Below are positions 28,517 through 37,177 of a DNA stretch of 64,000 bases, piece after piece. Within the stretch, counting starts at the first letter, position 1, and every line of letters begins with the position of its first letter. Origin of the DNA: Comamonadaceae bacterium (GTDB lineage Bacteria > Pseudomonadota > Gammaproteobacteria > Burkholderiales > Burkholderiaceae_C); NCBI GenBank assembly GCA_947447975.1, contig CANFLU010000004.1, positions 16,595 to 80,594 on the forward strand, given 5' to 3'. Under the pieces are notes generated by a model, which was not told the DNA's origin, did no database searches, and worked only from the letters and a program-made list of their open reading frames with translations. A program made the position numbers and the translations under genes.

Positions 28517-29536
28517 ATGTCCAACCACAGTATTCTTGCTATCGCAGCACTTGGGTTTCCCTGGCAAACCATAGACCCGTTTTTGTTCTGTGTTCACCAT
28601 GATGACGCCTACCCGAGAGGTAATGCGGATATGGGTCCGGACGCCGATCTTGGCGGGCGCAATAGGGGCCAGGACTTTGAAGGCAAAGACGGCTGGCGCA
28701 TGTACCACGGCACGACGGTACCGGGCTTTCCGGCACATCCGCACCGGGGTTTTGAAACCGTGACTATCGTGCGCCAGGGCTTTATCGACCACTCCGACTC
28801 GCTCGGCGCCACCGCGCGCTTTGGGCCAGGCGATGTGCAATGGCTGACCGCTGGCAAAGGCATCGTGCATTGCGAAATGTTTCCTTTGCGCCAAACCAAG
28901 GCCGCCAATCCAGCCGAGTTATTCCAAATCTGGCTGAACCTGCCGGCCCGTAAAAAAATGGCCCAACCCCACTTCACCATGCTCTGGGCCGACCACGTAC
29001 CCCTTGTTGAATCGCGAGATGCGCAGGGGCGCAGCACCACGGTGCAAGTGGTCGCGGGCACCCTGGAGCAGGCTAAGGGAGCGCCACCGCCACCCGATTC
29101 TTGGGCCTCAGAGCCGGACTGCGACGTGGCGATTTGGACCATCCGTATGCAGGCAAATGCGCAGTGGCACATGCCGGGGGCCATCCATTCGCAAACGCGC
29201 CGCCGCCTGTACTATTTCCGGGGAAACGGACTGACTATCAACGGCCAGACCATTCCCCCTCACTCGGTGGTGGAAGTACAAGCGCAAGATGCCCTACAAC
29301 TGCAGGGCGGCAGCGACGAAGCGCAGTTGCTGGTCTTGCAGGGTCGCCCTATTGGCGAACCCATAGCGCAATACGGCCCTTTCGTGATGAATACCCAGGC
29401 CGAAATCCACCAGGCCTTTGCCGATTACCGGCGCACCGAATTTGGCGGCTGGCCCTGGGGCCGCAGCGACCCGGTGCACCCGCGCGATAAAGGACGCTTT
29501 GCCCTGCACGCCGACGGGCGCATCGAAGAGCGCTAG
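28517..29536 (+). CDS. pirin-family protein (bicupin)
   Basis: The core starts MSNHSILAIAALGFPWQTIDPFLFCVHHDD. Cupin metal motif is FPAHPHRGFETVTIV. I trimmed the 474-aa ORF to ATG 28517, because the upstream part is antisense to the BNR gene. Confidence 0.88.
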   Translation: MSNHSILAIAALGFPWQTIDPFLFCVHHDDAYPRGNADMGPDADLGGRNRGQDFEGKDGWRMYHGTTVPGFPAHPHRGFETVTIVRQGFIDHSDSLGATARFGPGDVQWLTAGKGIVHCEMFPLRQTKAANPAELFQIWLNLPARKKMAQPHFTMLWADHVPLVESRDAQGRSTTVQVVAGTLEQAKGAPPPPDSWASEPDCDVAIWTIRMQANAQWHMPGAIHSQTRRRLYYFRGNGLTINGQTIPPHSVVEVQAQDALQLQGGSDEAQLLVLQGRPIGEPIAQYGPFVMNTQAEIHQAFADYRRTEFGGWPWGRSDPVHPRDKGRFALHADGRIEER

Positions 29537-29595
29537 GGCGGCAGCGCTGCGCTTGCTGCAAAATGCGCCCCTTACCCGAAACGCTTGGATACGCC

Positions 29596-30642
29596 ATGTC
29601 ACTGATTCCCGCCACCATACTTACAGGCTTTTTAGGTTCGGGCAAAACCACTTTGCTCAAACGCATACTGACCGAGGCACACGGGCAAAAAATTGCGGTC
29701 ATCGAAAACGAATTCGGTGAAGAAAATATCGATAGCGATATTCTGGTCAGCGACACCCAGGAACAAATCATCCAGATGAGCAATGGCTGCGTTTGCTGCA
29801 CCATCCGCGAAGATTTGCGTACAACCTTGCAAGACCTGGCCGAAAAGAAGCGCAAAGGCGAACTAGACTTTGACCGAGTGGTCATAGAAACCACCGGCCT
29901 GGCCGACCCTGGCCCGGTGGCGCAAACCTTTTTCATGGACGACGAAGTTGCCGAGTCCTACTTATTGGACGCCATCTTGACGCTGGTGGACGCCAAACAC
30001 GCACCGGAGCAGCTCAATGAACGCCAGGAAGCGCGGCGCCAGGTGGGCTTTGCAGACCAGATCTTCATCAGCAAATCCGACCTGGTCAGCGCCGACGCCT
30101 TGCATGCACTAAGCCACCGCCTGCAACACATGAACCCACGTGCCCCACGCCATATTGCGCACTTTGGCGAGATGGACATAAAAAACGTGCTGGACCTCCA
30201 CGGCTTTAACCTCAATGCCACGCTAGACATTGACCCCGATTTCCTGGGTGCCAACGCGCACGACCATGGACACGTGCACGGCCCCGATTGCGGGCACCCT
30301 TCCCACGCGCAGGAGGCCCACCATGGCCACCATCATCATGTAGATGACGATGTGAAAAGCTTTGTGTTTAAGTCCGAGCGGCCTTTTGACCCGGGCAAGC
30401 TGGAAGACTTTTTGGGCGCTATCGTCAATATTTACGGTCCGCGCATGTTGCGCTACAAAGGGGTCTTGTATATGCAAGGCAGCGAGCGTAAAGTGATTTT
30501 CCAGGGAGTGCACCAGCTCATGGGCAGCGATCTGGGGCCGCGCTGGGCTGAAAACGAAGTTAAATCCAGCAAACTGGTGTTTATCGGTATAGATTTGCCC
30601 AAAGACATCTTGTTGCAAGGCATGGAGCAATCCTTGGTATGA
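29596..30642 (+). CDS. COG0523 (CobW/YjiA/ZigA-type) metallochaperone GTPase
   Basis: Walker A motif GFLGSGKTT and the CxCC metal motif (SNGCVCCTIR). His-rich insert: HDHGHVHGPDCGHPSHAQEAHHGHHHH. Start taken at ATG 29596 (MSLIPATIL). Confidence 0.9.
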   Translation: MSLIPATILTGFLGSGKTTLLKRILTEAHGQKIAVIENEFGEENIDSDILVSDTQEQIIQMSNGCVCCTIREDLRTTLQDLAEKKRKGELDFDRVVIETTGLADPGPVAQTFFMDDEVAESYLLDAILTLVDAKHAPEQLNERQEARRQVGFADQIFISKSDLVSADALHALSHRLQHMNPRAPRHIAHFGEMDIKNVLDLHGFNLNATLDIDPDFLGANAHDHGHVHGPDCGHPSHAQEAHHGHHHHVDDDVKSFVFKSERPFDPGKLEDFLGAIVNIYGPRMLRYKGVLYMQGSERKVIFQGVHQLMGSDLGPRWAENEVKSSKLVFIGIDLPKDILLQGMEQSLV

Positions 30643-30792
30643 GCCCTCTTGTAGCGGCTGGTGCAGTGTAAGACTGCCTGCCTTGAACTGCCTGTACACT
30701 CGCGCGCCGAACAAGGGGGCAGCCTGGGAGTGCGGCCCGCTACCTAAAGGCCCCACTACCGGGGCCCTTGGGTTTCTATTAGGAGACACGAA

Positions 30793-31056
30793 TTGAACGC
30801 CACCAGCACCAAGAATGCCAAGCCTAGCAAAACCGTGAAGCCCGTGGCTTCGGCCAAAGCCAGCAGCGCCAAGGCGGTCAAGGCGCCCGCGTCGCCAGCC
30901 AAAGCCAGTGCGACAGCCCCAAAACAAACCGCCGCGACCGGCGCTAAAAAAACCGTCGCGACCCCGGTGTCCAAGGCCCAGCGCCGGTGGCAAAGAAAAC
31001 CTCTGCCGCCCCCGCAAATACATCCAAATCGCGTGCTAGCCCCCAATCTCCCGTGA
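30793..31056 (+). CDS. Lys/Ala/Pro-rich ORF, probably the 5' part of dksA separated from it by a frame change
   Basis: TTG start at 30793, preceded by a strong SD (AGGAGA 30781-86, 6-nt spacer). The product MNATSTKNAKPSKTVKPVASAKASSAKAVKAPASPAKASATAPKQTAATGAKKTVATPVSKA... is histone-H1-like. The low-complexity character is lost after about 30978, exactly where the next frame acquires it. Confidence 0.5.
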   Translation: MNATSTKNAKPSKTVKPVASAKASSAKAVKAPASPAKASATAPKQTAATGAKKTVATPVSKAQRRWQRKPLPPPQIHPNRVLAPNLP

Positions 31057-31781
31057 GCGCGGTCAAAACGGCCGCCAAAGTGCCGGTTGCAACCAAGGCG
31101 CCTGCGGTGGCCGCAATCGCTGCTGCGCCGCTGACGCCCAAGGTAGTAGCCACCGTTAGCCCTGATCCATCAGCGGTGCCAGTGAAATCGGGTAGACCAT
31201 CGTCGCGCCTGGCCCAATTGACAGTACCGTCTATGGCCCAGTCCGTGGCCTCCACGGCCGCCAAAGCCAGCTTCGGTCACGCCTATGAAGCGGAACCTGT
31301 GGCACCAGTCGTTCCCGCCGCTGTAAAAAAAGACAGCCGATTGGCCAACAACTGGAAAAACAAACCGGTGGATCAATTGAGCGATGCCGAATTGCAGGCT
31401 ATGCCCGATTCCGAGTACATGAACGATGTGCAAATGGCAGCCTTTCGGCTGAAACTGGTGGCCCTCAAGCGTGACATTCTGAGCAATGCCGGTGAAACCA
31501 CCGAGCATTTACGGGAAGACACTTCGGTAGTGCCCGACCCCACCGACCGTGCCACGATCGAAGAAGAACATGCGCTGGAGTTGCGCACCCGGGACCGCGA
31601 ACGCAAATTGCTCAAAAAAATTGAACAATCGATTTCGCGTATCGATGCGGGAGATTACGGCTATTGTGATGAAACCGGCGAAGCCATCGGCATTGGGCGC
31701 CTTCTGGCCCGTCCCACCGCCACCCTGTCACTGGAAGCGCAACAGCGCCGCGAGCTAAAACAAAAAATGTTTGGCGATTAA
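30987..31781 (+). CDS. dksA: RNA polymerase-binding transcription factor DksA (Cys-less zinc-finger variant with long N-terminal extension)
   Basis: The C-terminal 140 aa align by eye to E. coli DksA (EYMNDVQMAAFRLKL..., coiled-coil tip DPTDRATIEEE, RDRERKLLKKIE, DYGYCDETGEAIGIGRLLARPTATLSLEAQ). There is a GTG start at 30987 with no SD. The N-terminal 120 aa are Ala/Pro/Lys/Val-rich. Confidence 0.85.
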   Translation: MAKKTSAAPANTSKSRASPQSPVSAVKTAAKVPVATKAPAVAAIAAAPLTPKVVATVSPDPSAVPVKSGRPSSRLAQLTVPSMAQSVASTAAKASFGHAYEAEPVAPVVPAAVKKDSRLANNWKNKPVDQLSDAELQAMPDSEYMNDVQMAAFRLKLVALKRDILSNAGETTEHLREDTSVVPDPTDRATIEEEHALELRTRDRERKLLKKIEQSISRIDAGDYGYCDETGEAIGIGRLLARPTATLSLEAQQRRELKQKMFGD

Positions 31782-32165
31782 GTTCGCCCAAAGGGGACCG
31801 TGGCCAGGACGCCCAGCGAGCCCCCCATGCCTAGGCGGGCGGTATGGCAAGCGCGCCAGACCTGAGTGCACGACACCCCGCCAATCCAAGCCATCGCGCA
31901 GCGCACGCGCCTGTATTGTCGCCAGTTCGGCAAGCCAAACGCGGCAAGTACCAGCGCAGCACATGCCCGCGCAACTAGATCCCCCCGCAAACACACAAAA
32001 AAGCCAAACGCGGCAAACTATTCACCCGTTACTTGCAATGCAATTGCTAAGTACTTAATTTAGAACATCTTTTATGCGGTATTTAGACGCAATTCGGGTT
32101 CTAAGTCTTTGATTTCATTGGAAAAAACTTATAAAAACCTTGCTCCAAACATGAATTTGCTGGTA

Positions 32166-32205
32166 AAGTGCAAATAAGTGCAAATAAGTGGAGGAAAGTG
32201 CCAAA
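32166..32205 (+). promoter_or_regulatory. putative MraZ operator: four direct AAGTG boxes with exact 10-bp phasing
   Basis: AAGTGCAAAT AAGTGCAAAT AAGTGGAGGA AAGTGCCAAA lies 45 bp upstream of the mraZ GTG. MraZ proteins are known to bind phased GTG-containing direct repeats in their own promoter. Confidence 0.65.
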
Positions 32206-32249
32206 AATATGGCCTTTCACTCGTTCAGTTGGAATAAGAGGTTTTCGTA

Positions 32250-32678
32250 GTGTTTCAAGGTGCTTCCTCGCTCACGCTCGACGGCAAAGGACGTCTGTCC
32301 ATGCCGACGCGGCATCGCGACGTATTGAGCGCGACCGCCCAGGGCCTGCTCACCATCACCAAACACCCGCACGGTTGCCTGATGGTATTTCCGCGCCCGG
32401 AGTGGGATTTGTTCCGTGACCGGATATCCGCGCTACCCATGTCAGCACAGTGGTGGAAACGCATTTTTCTGGGCAATGCCATGGACGTGGAGCTCGACAG
32501 CACCGGCCGCATCCTGATTTCACCCGAACTGCGCCAGAGTGCCGGCATCGCCAAAGACACCATCTTGCTGGGCATGGGCAACCACTTCGAACTCTGGGAC
32601 AAAGTGGCCTACGAAACGCAGGAAGCCAAGGCAATGCAAGAGCAAATGCCTGACGTATTCAAAGACTTTTCCTTCTGA
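32250..32678 (+). CDS. mraZ: transcriptional regulator MraZ
   Basis: 142 aa. [23 protein letters not shown]... contains two SpoVT/AbrB-like repeats (DGKGRL, DSTGRI). GTG start. Confidence 0.95.
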   Translation: MFQGASSLTLDGKGRLSMPTRHRDVLSATAQGLLTITKHPHGCLMVFPRPEWDLFRDRISALPMSAQWWKRIFLGNAMDVELDSTGRILISPELRQSAGIAKDTILLGMGNHFELWDKVAYETQEAKAMQEQMPDVFKDFSF

Positions 32679-32686
32679 GCGCGCCC

Positions 32687-33640
32687 ATGCACGCGGTTGC
32701 GCAACACACCACTGTCTTGCTCACAGAAGCGGTTGACGCGCTTTTGACGCCAGCAGACAGGTCAGACAGCACCGCGCCGGACGGCCTATACGTGGATGCC
32801 ACCTTTGGCCGCGGCGGTCATACCCGCTTGTTACTGACCCGCTTGTCGCCACGCGGGCGCGTCGTGGCCTATGACCGCGACCCGCAAGCCGTGGCAGAAG
32901 CGGCCCACCTCAGTGACGCGCGTTTTTCCATCCGCCAGCAAAGTTTTTCCCACCTTGCCGAACTGCAAGAGGCCAGTGCCACAGGCATTTTGATGGACCT
33001 GGGTGTGAGCTCGCCCCAAATTGATACGCCCGCACGTGGGTTTAGTTTCCGCTTTGAGGGTCCTTTGGATATGCGCATGGACACCACATGCGGGCAAAGC
33101 GTAGCGCAATGGCTCAAGGATGCCAGCGTCGAAAAAATAACGGAGGTGATACGTGACTATGGCGAGGAGCGGTTTGCTGGCCCGATTGCAAAGGCAATTG
33201 TCGCGCGCCGGCAGGAACACGGACCGATTGAAACCACCACCGAGCTTGCCCAACTCGTGGCTGACACAGTCAAGACCCGCGAGCCGGGTCAGAACCCTGC
33301 AACGCGCACCTTCCAGGCTTTTCGGATTTTCATTAACGCCGAGCTGGAAGAACTCGAACAAGCCCTAGAGGCCGCGCTGAAGGTGCTCGCTCCAGGCGGG
33401 CGCCTGGTGGTGATCAGCTTTCATTCTTTGGAAGACCGCATCGTCAAACAATTTATCGCGCGCCATTCCAAAGATGAATACGACCGGCGCCGCCCATTTG
33501 CAGCGCCGCGCGCAATGCGCCTGCATGCCATGGGCCGCACCCGCCCCAGTGCAGCCGAAGTGGCGCTTAACCCGCGGGCACGTAGCGCCATCATGCGCGT
33601 TGCCGTGCGCAAGGCCACAGCACAGGCAGTGGCCGCATGA
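32687..33640 (+). CDS. rsmH: 16S rRNA (cytosine1402-N4)-methyltransferase
   Basis: Contains [30 protein letters not shown] and [12 protein letters not shown]. Confidence 0.96.
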   Translation: MHAVAQHTTVLLTEAVDALLTPADRSDSTAPDGLYVDATFGRGGHTRLLLTRLSPRGRVVAYDRDPQAVAEAAHLSDARFSIRQQSFSHLAELQEASATGILMDLGVSSPQIDTPARGFSFRFEGPLDMRMDTTCGQSVAQWLKDASVEKITEVIRDYGEERFAGPIAKAIVARRQEHGPIETTTELAQLVADTVKTREPGQNPATRTFQAFRIFINAELEELEQALEAALKVLAPGGRLVVISFHSLEDRIVKQFIARHSKDEYDRRRPFAAPRAMRLHAMGRTRPSAAEVALNPRARSAIMRVAVRKATAQAVAA

Positions 33641-33921
33641 CGCGCATCAGCCTGTTGCTGATTGTGGCCGCCCTGGGCAGCGCCATGTACCTGGTAAGCG
33701 TGCAATATGAATCGCGCCGCCTGTTTACCGAACTCGAACGCGCCCAGCGCGAGGGGCGCCGCTTAGAAACCGAATTTGAACGTCTGGAAGTGGAGAAACG
33801 CAGCCAGGCTACACCCGCCCGCGTGGAGCGGGTGGCGCGCGAAAAACTGCAAATGCACCAGGTCACACCAGGCATCACGGTGTACATGGGCCAGGCCCAA
33901 AACCAGGGAGCGCATCCTTGA
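33637..33921 (+). CDS. ftsL: cell division protein FtsL
   Basis: 94 aa with a single TM and a coiled coil. Sits between rsmH and ftsI. ATGA overlap. Confidence 0.88.
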   Translation: MTRISLLLIVAALGSAMYLVSVQYESRRLFTELERAQREGRRLETEFERLEVEKRSQATPARVERVAREKLQMHQVTPGITVYMGQAQNQGAHP

Positions 33922-35660
33922 GCCGCAGCATCCGTTACACGGCCAGCCCCTTGCTGACCAGTCGCACACCGGTATGGCGCAGCAAGCTGGTGGTATCGGC
34001 ACTGGCGCTTGGCTTTGTAGGCCTGGGTGCGCGCGCAGCCTACATCCAGGTGTTTAACAACGACTTCTTCCAGCGCCAGGGCGAGGTGCGCTACAGCCGC
34101 ACATTGGAATTACCCGCCAACCGGGGCCGCATCCTAGACCGTAACGGCCTGATATTGGCGTCGAGCGTACCCTCACCCAGTATCTGGGCGATCCCAGAAG
34201 ATGTGGAATTGGATGAAGCCCAGCGCGCCAACCTTTCTAAGCTGCTCGAACTGCCACTGGCTGAACTCAACAAAAAGTTAGCCGATGAAGACAAAAGCTT
34301 TGTCTGGCTCAAGCGCCATGTGGATCCAGAAAAAGCCAAGCAAATCGCCCAAGCCGGTTTCAAAGGCATTTACCAGCGCACTGAGTTCAAACGCCAATAC
34401 CCCGAAGGCGAAGCCGCCGCGCATGTGGTGGGCTTTACCAATGTGGAAGATAACGGACAAGAGGGCATTGAACTGCTCTACAACAACACATTGTTGGGCC
34501 GCGCCGGTTCGCGCCATGTCATCAAAGACCGCTTGGGCCAATCGGTTGAGCAAGTGGGTGAAAGCGTACCCCCGGTCGCTGGCAAGGATGTTCAGCTGAG
34601 CATTGATACAAAAGTGCAGTTTTTTGCCTACCAAAAATTGCGCGATGCGGTGGTCAACAACCGGGCGCAAGCGGGCAGCATTGTGGTCCTAGATGCCAAC
34701 ACCGGTGAGGTGCTTGCACTGGCCAATTACCCCAGCTACAACCCGGAAAGACGACTCAATTTAACTGGCTCACAGCTGCGCAATCGCGCGCTGACGGACA
34801 CCTTTGAGCCCGGCTCGGTGATGAAGCCTTTCACCATCGGTCTGGCCCTGGAAAGCGGTCGCGTCAAAACCTCCACCATCATCGACACCGCACCGGGCTC
34901 AGTCACCATCACCGGCGCCACCATCCGCGATGCCCATCCCCATGGCGCATTGACGGTGGAGCAAGTCATTCAAGTGTCCAGCAACGTGGGCACCACGAAA
35001 ATCGCCATGCAAATGCCCGCCAGCGAAATGTGGGAAACCTTCTCCGGCGCAGGCTTTGGCCAAAAGCCGCAAATCGAATTCCCCGGCGCGGTATCGGGCA
35101 AGCTGCGGCCCTATAAAACCTGGCGCCCGATAGAGCAAGCAACTGCATCCTATGGCTATGGCCTGTCGGCCTCTTTGTTTCAAATGGTGCGCTCTTACAC
35201 CGTGTTCTCGCATGAGGGGCAAATCATCCGCGCTACTTTGCTCAAAAACGATGAGCCAGCGGTGGGCATCCCCGTGTTCTCAGGCGACACTGCCGCCAAA
35301 GTACGCAAGATGCTGCAAATGGCCGCGGGCCCGGGCGGCACCGGTCCGAAGGCGCAAACCGCCGGGTATTCGGTCGGTGGCAAATCAGGCACGGCCTACA
35401 AACAAATTGGCAAAGGCTATGGCAGTGAGGGCAATCGCAAATACCGCAGCTGGTTTGTCGGCATGGCGCCTGTCGACAAGCCGCGCATTATTGTGGGCGT
35501 CATGCTCGATGAGCCCAGCGCGGGTAAGTATTTCGGCGGCGAAGTGGCTGCACCGGTGTTCAGCGAGACGGTACAGCAAACCTTGCGCGTGATGGGCGTA
35601 CAGCCTGACATCAATATCCGTCCGCAAATCGTGGCCAAAGCGGTAGAGGAAAGTTTTTGA
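33918..35660 (+). CDS. ftsI: peptidoglycan D,D-transpeptidase FtsI (PBP3)
   Basis: 580 aa with motifs SVMKP, SSN and KSGTA. TTG start overlapping the ftsL stop. Confidence 0.95.
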   Translation: MSRSIRYTASPLLTSRTPVWRSKLVVSALALGFVGLGARAAYIQVFNNDFFQRQGEVRYSRTLELPANRGRILDRNGLILASSVPSPSIWAIPEDVELDEAQRANLSKLLELPLAELNKKLADEDKSFVWLKRHVDPEKAKQIAQAGFKGIYQRTEFKRQYPEGEAAAHVVGFTNVEDNGQEGIELLYNNTLLGRAGSRHVIKDRLGQSVEQVGESVPPVAGKDVQLSIDTKVQFFAYQKLRDAVVNNRAQAGSIVVLDANTGEVLALANYPSYNPERRLNLTGSQLRNRALTDTFEPGSVMKPFTIGLALESGRVKTSTIIDTAPGSVTITGATIRDAHPHGALTVEQVIQVSSNVGTTKIAMQMPASEMWETFSGAGFGQKPQIEFPGAVSGKLRPYKTWRPIEQATASYGYGLSASLFQMVRSYTVFSHEGQIIRATLLKNDEPAVGIPVFSGDTAAKVRKMLQMAAGPGGTGPKAQTAGYSVGGKSGTAYKQIGKGYGSEGNRKYRSWFVGMAPVDKPRIIVGVMLDEPSAGKYFGGEVAAPVFSETVQQTLRVMGVQPDINIRPQIVAKAVEESF

Positions 35661-37177
35661 TGCAGCCGCATTTGCACACCCCCCAACAAGCGGCCGCATG
35701 GCTGCGTGAACGGGTGACAGGCCAATTACAAACCGACCACCGCAAGCTGCACGCGGGCGATGGCTTTATCGCTATGCCCGGCCTGTCCGTGGATGGACGG
35801 CAATTTGTACCGCAGGCACTGCAAGATGGCGCTGCCGCCTGCCTGTTCGATGCGCAGGGTGCGGACCATTGGAACTTGGATGATCCACGGGCTGTACCTT
35901 ATGCTGGTCTAAAACACGACAGCGCCCAAATTGCCGCCGCGTTTTACGGCCATCCTTCGCGCAAAATGCAGGTACTGGCTGTCACTGGCACCAACGGCAA
36001 GACCTCTAGTGTCTGGTGGTTATCACAAGCGCTCAACGCCTTGGGCTCCCAGCCGGCGTGCGCGCTCATTGGCACGCTAGGAATCGGTATTGCACAGGCA
36101 GGCGAAATCGGTCTTAGCGGCCTAAGTCCCAGCGGAATGACTACGCCAGACGGCGTGCTGCTGCAAAGCAGCTTGCGCAGCTTTGTAGACCAAGGCTTGG
36201 ACTACTGCGCCCTGGAAGCGTCTTCCATCGGTATCGAGGAAGGCCGCTTGGACAGCACGCGCATACGCCTTGCCGTGTTTACCAATTTCACCCAAGACCA
36301 TCTGGATTACCACGGCTCCATGCAAGCCTATTGGGCTGCCAAACAACGCCTTTTCGACTGGCCTGGGCTGCAAGCGGCCGTGGTCAATATCGATGATGAC
36401 CAGGGTGCAGTTTTGGCCAATGCCTTAGCCATGCAAGCGCCGGAAATTGATTTATGGACGGTGTCTTCGCACCTTGCGGCCCGGTTGCAGGCACGCCATA
36501 TCGAACAAGGCGCACAGGGCTTGCAATTTGAGGTCTTGGAGGGTACCCAGCTTTGTCTACTGCGCACACGCATCATCGGCGGCTATAACGTGTCCAATTT
36601 GCTGGGCGTGATCGCCAGTATGCGCGCGCTGGGCATAGACCTGAGCAGCGCAGTGCAGGCCTGTAGCAAGTTGCCGCCCGTGCCCGGCCGACTGCAATGC
36701 CTGGGCGGGCAGGATGCACCACTGGCGGTCGTCGACTATGCCCACACGCCGGACGCGTTGCAAAAAACCTTGGATGCGCTACGTCCTGTGGCGCAGCAGC
36801 GCGGCGGTGCACTGTGGTGCGTGTTTGGTTGCGGCGGCGACCGCGATAGCGCCAAGCGCCCACTCATGGGAGCTATTGCCGCCAGCAAAGCGGACCATAT
36901 CGTGCTGACCAGCGACAACCCGCGCACGGAAAATCCGAGCAATATCATCACCCACATCCTGGCGGGTATGGGTGGTCAACCGCATGTCCAAGTGCAAGCG
37001 GACCGCGCCCTGGCGATCTCCGAGTCGCTAACACACGCGCACGCCAAGGATGTGGTGCTGATCGCGGGCAAAGGCCATGAAGCGGCACAGGAAGTGGCCG
37101 GACAAAAATTCATTTTTTCGGATGTGGACCATGCGGATATCGCGCTGGCCCTGCGGGCGCAAAAGGTAGTGGCATGA
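35660..37177 (+). CDS. murE: UDP-N-acetylmuramoyl-L-alanyl-D-glutamate--2,6-diaminopimelate ligase
   Basis: Mur ligase motifs (VTGTNGKTS, DNPR). ATG 35660 overlaps the ftsI stop (TGATG). The ORF track uses TTG 35657. Confidence 0.95.
   Translation: MQPHLHTPQQAAAWLRERVTGQLQTDHRKLHAGDGFIAMPGLSVDGRQFVPQALQDGAAACLFDAQGADHWNLDDPRAVPYAGLKHDSAQIAAAFYGHPSRKMQVLAVTGTNGKTSSVWWLSQALNALGSQPACALIGTLGIGIAQAGEIGLSGLSPSGMTTPDGVLLQSSLRSFVDQGLDYCALEASSIGIEEGRLDSTRIRLAVFTNFTQDHLDYHGSMQAYWAAKQRLFDWPGLQAAVVNIDDDQGAVLANALAMQAPEIDLWTVSSHLAARLQARHIEQGAQGLQFEVLEGTQLCLLRTRIIGGYNVSNLLGVIASMRALGIDLSSAVQACSKLPPVPGRLQCLGGQDAPLAVVDYAHTPDALQKTLDALRPVAQQRGGALWCVFGCGGDRDSAKRPLMGAIAASKADHIVLTSDNPRTENPSNIITHILAGMGGQPHVQVQADRALAISESLTHAHAKDVVLIAGKGHEAAQEVAGQKFIFSDVDHADIALALRAQKVVA

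Noticed and set aside
28349-30792. Zur box (AT-rich palindrome of the GTTATAATATAAC type) upstream of pirin, the COG0523 gene or dksA.
   Set aside because: All three spacers are GC-rich with no such palindrome. Zinc regulation of this cluster is therefore not supported by the sequence.
31771-32058. 95-aa ORF in the dksA-mraZ spacer.
   Set aside because: It is Pro/Arg/Ser/Gln-rich with no SD and no motif. The spacer's repeats look regulatory rather than coding.
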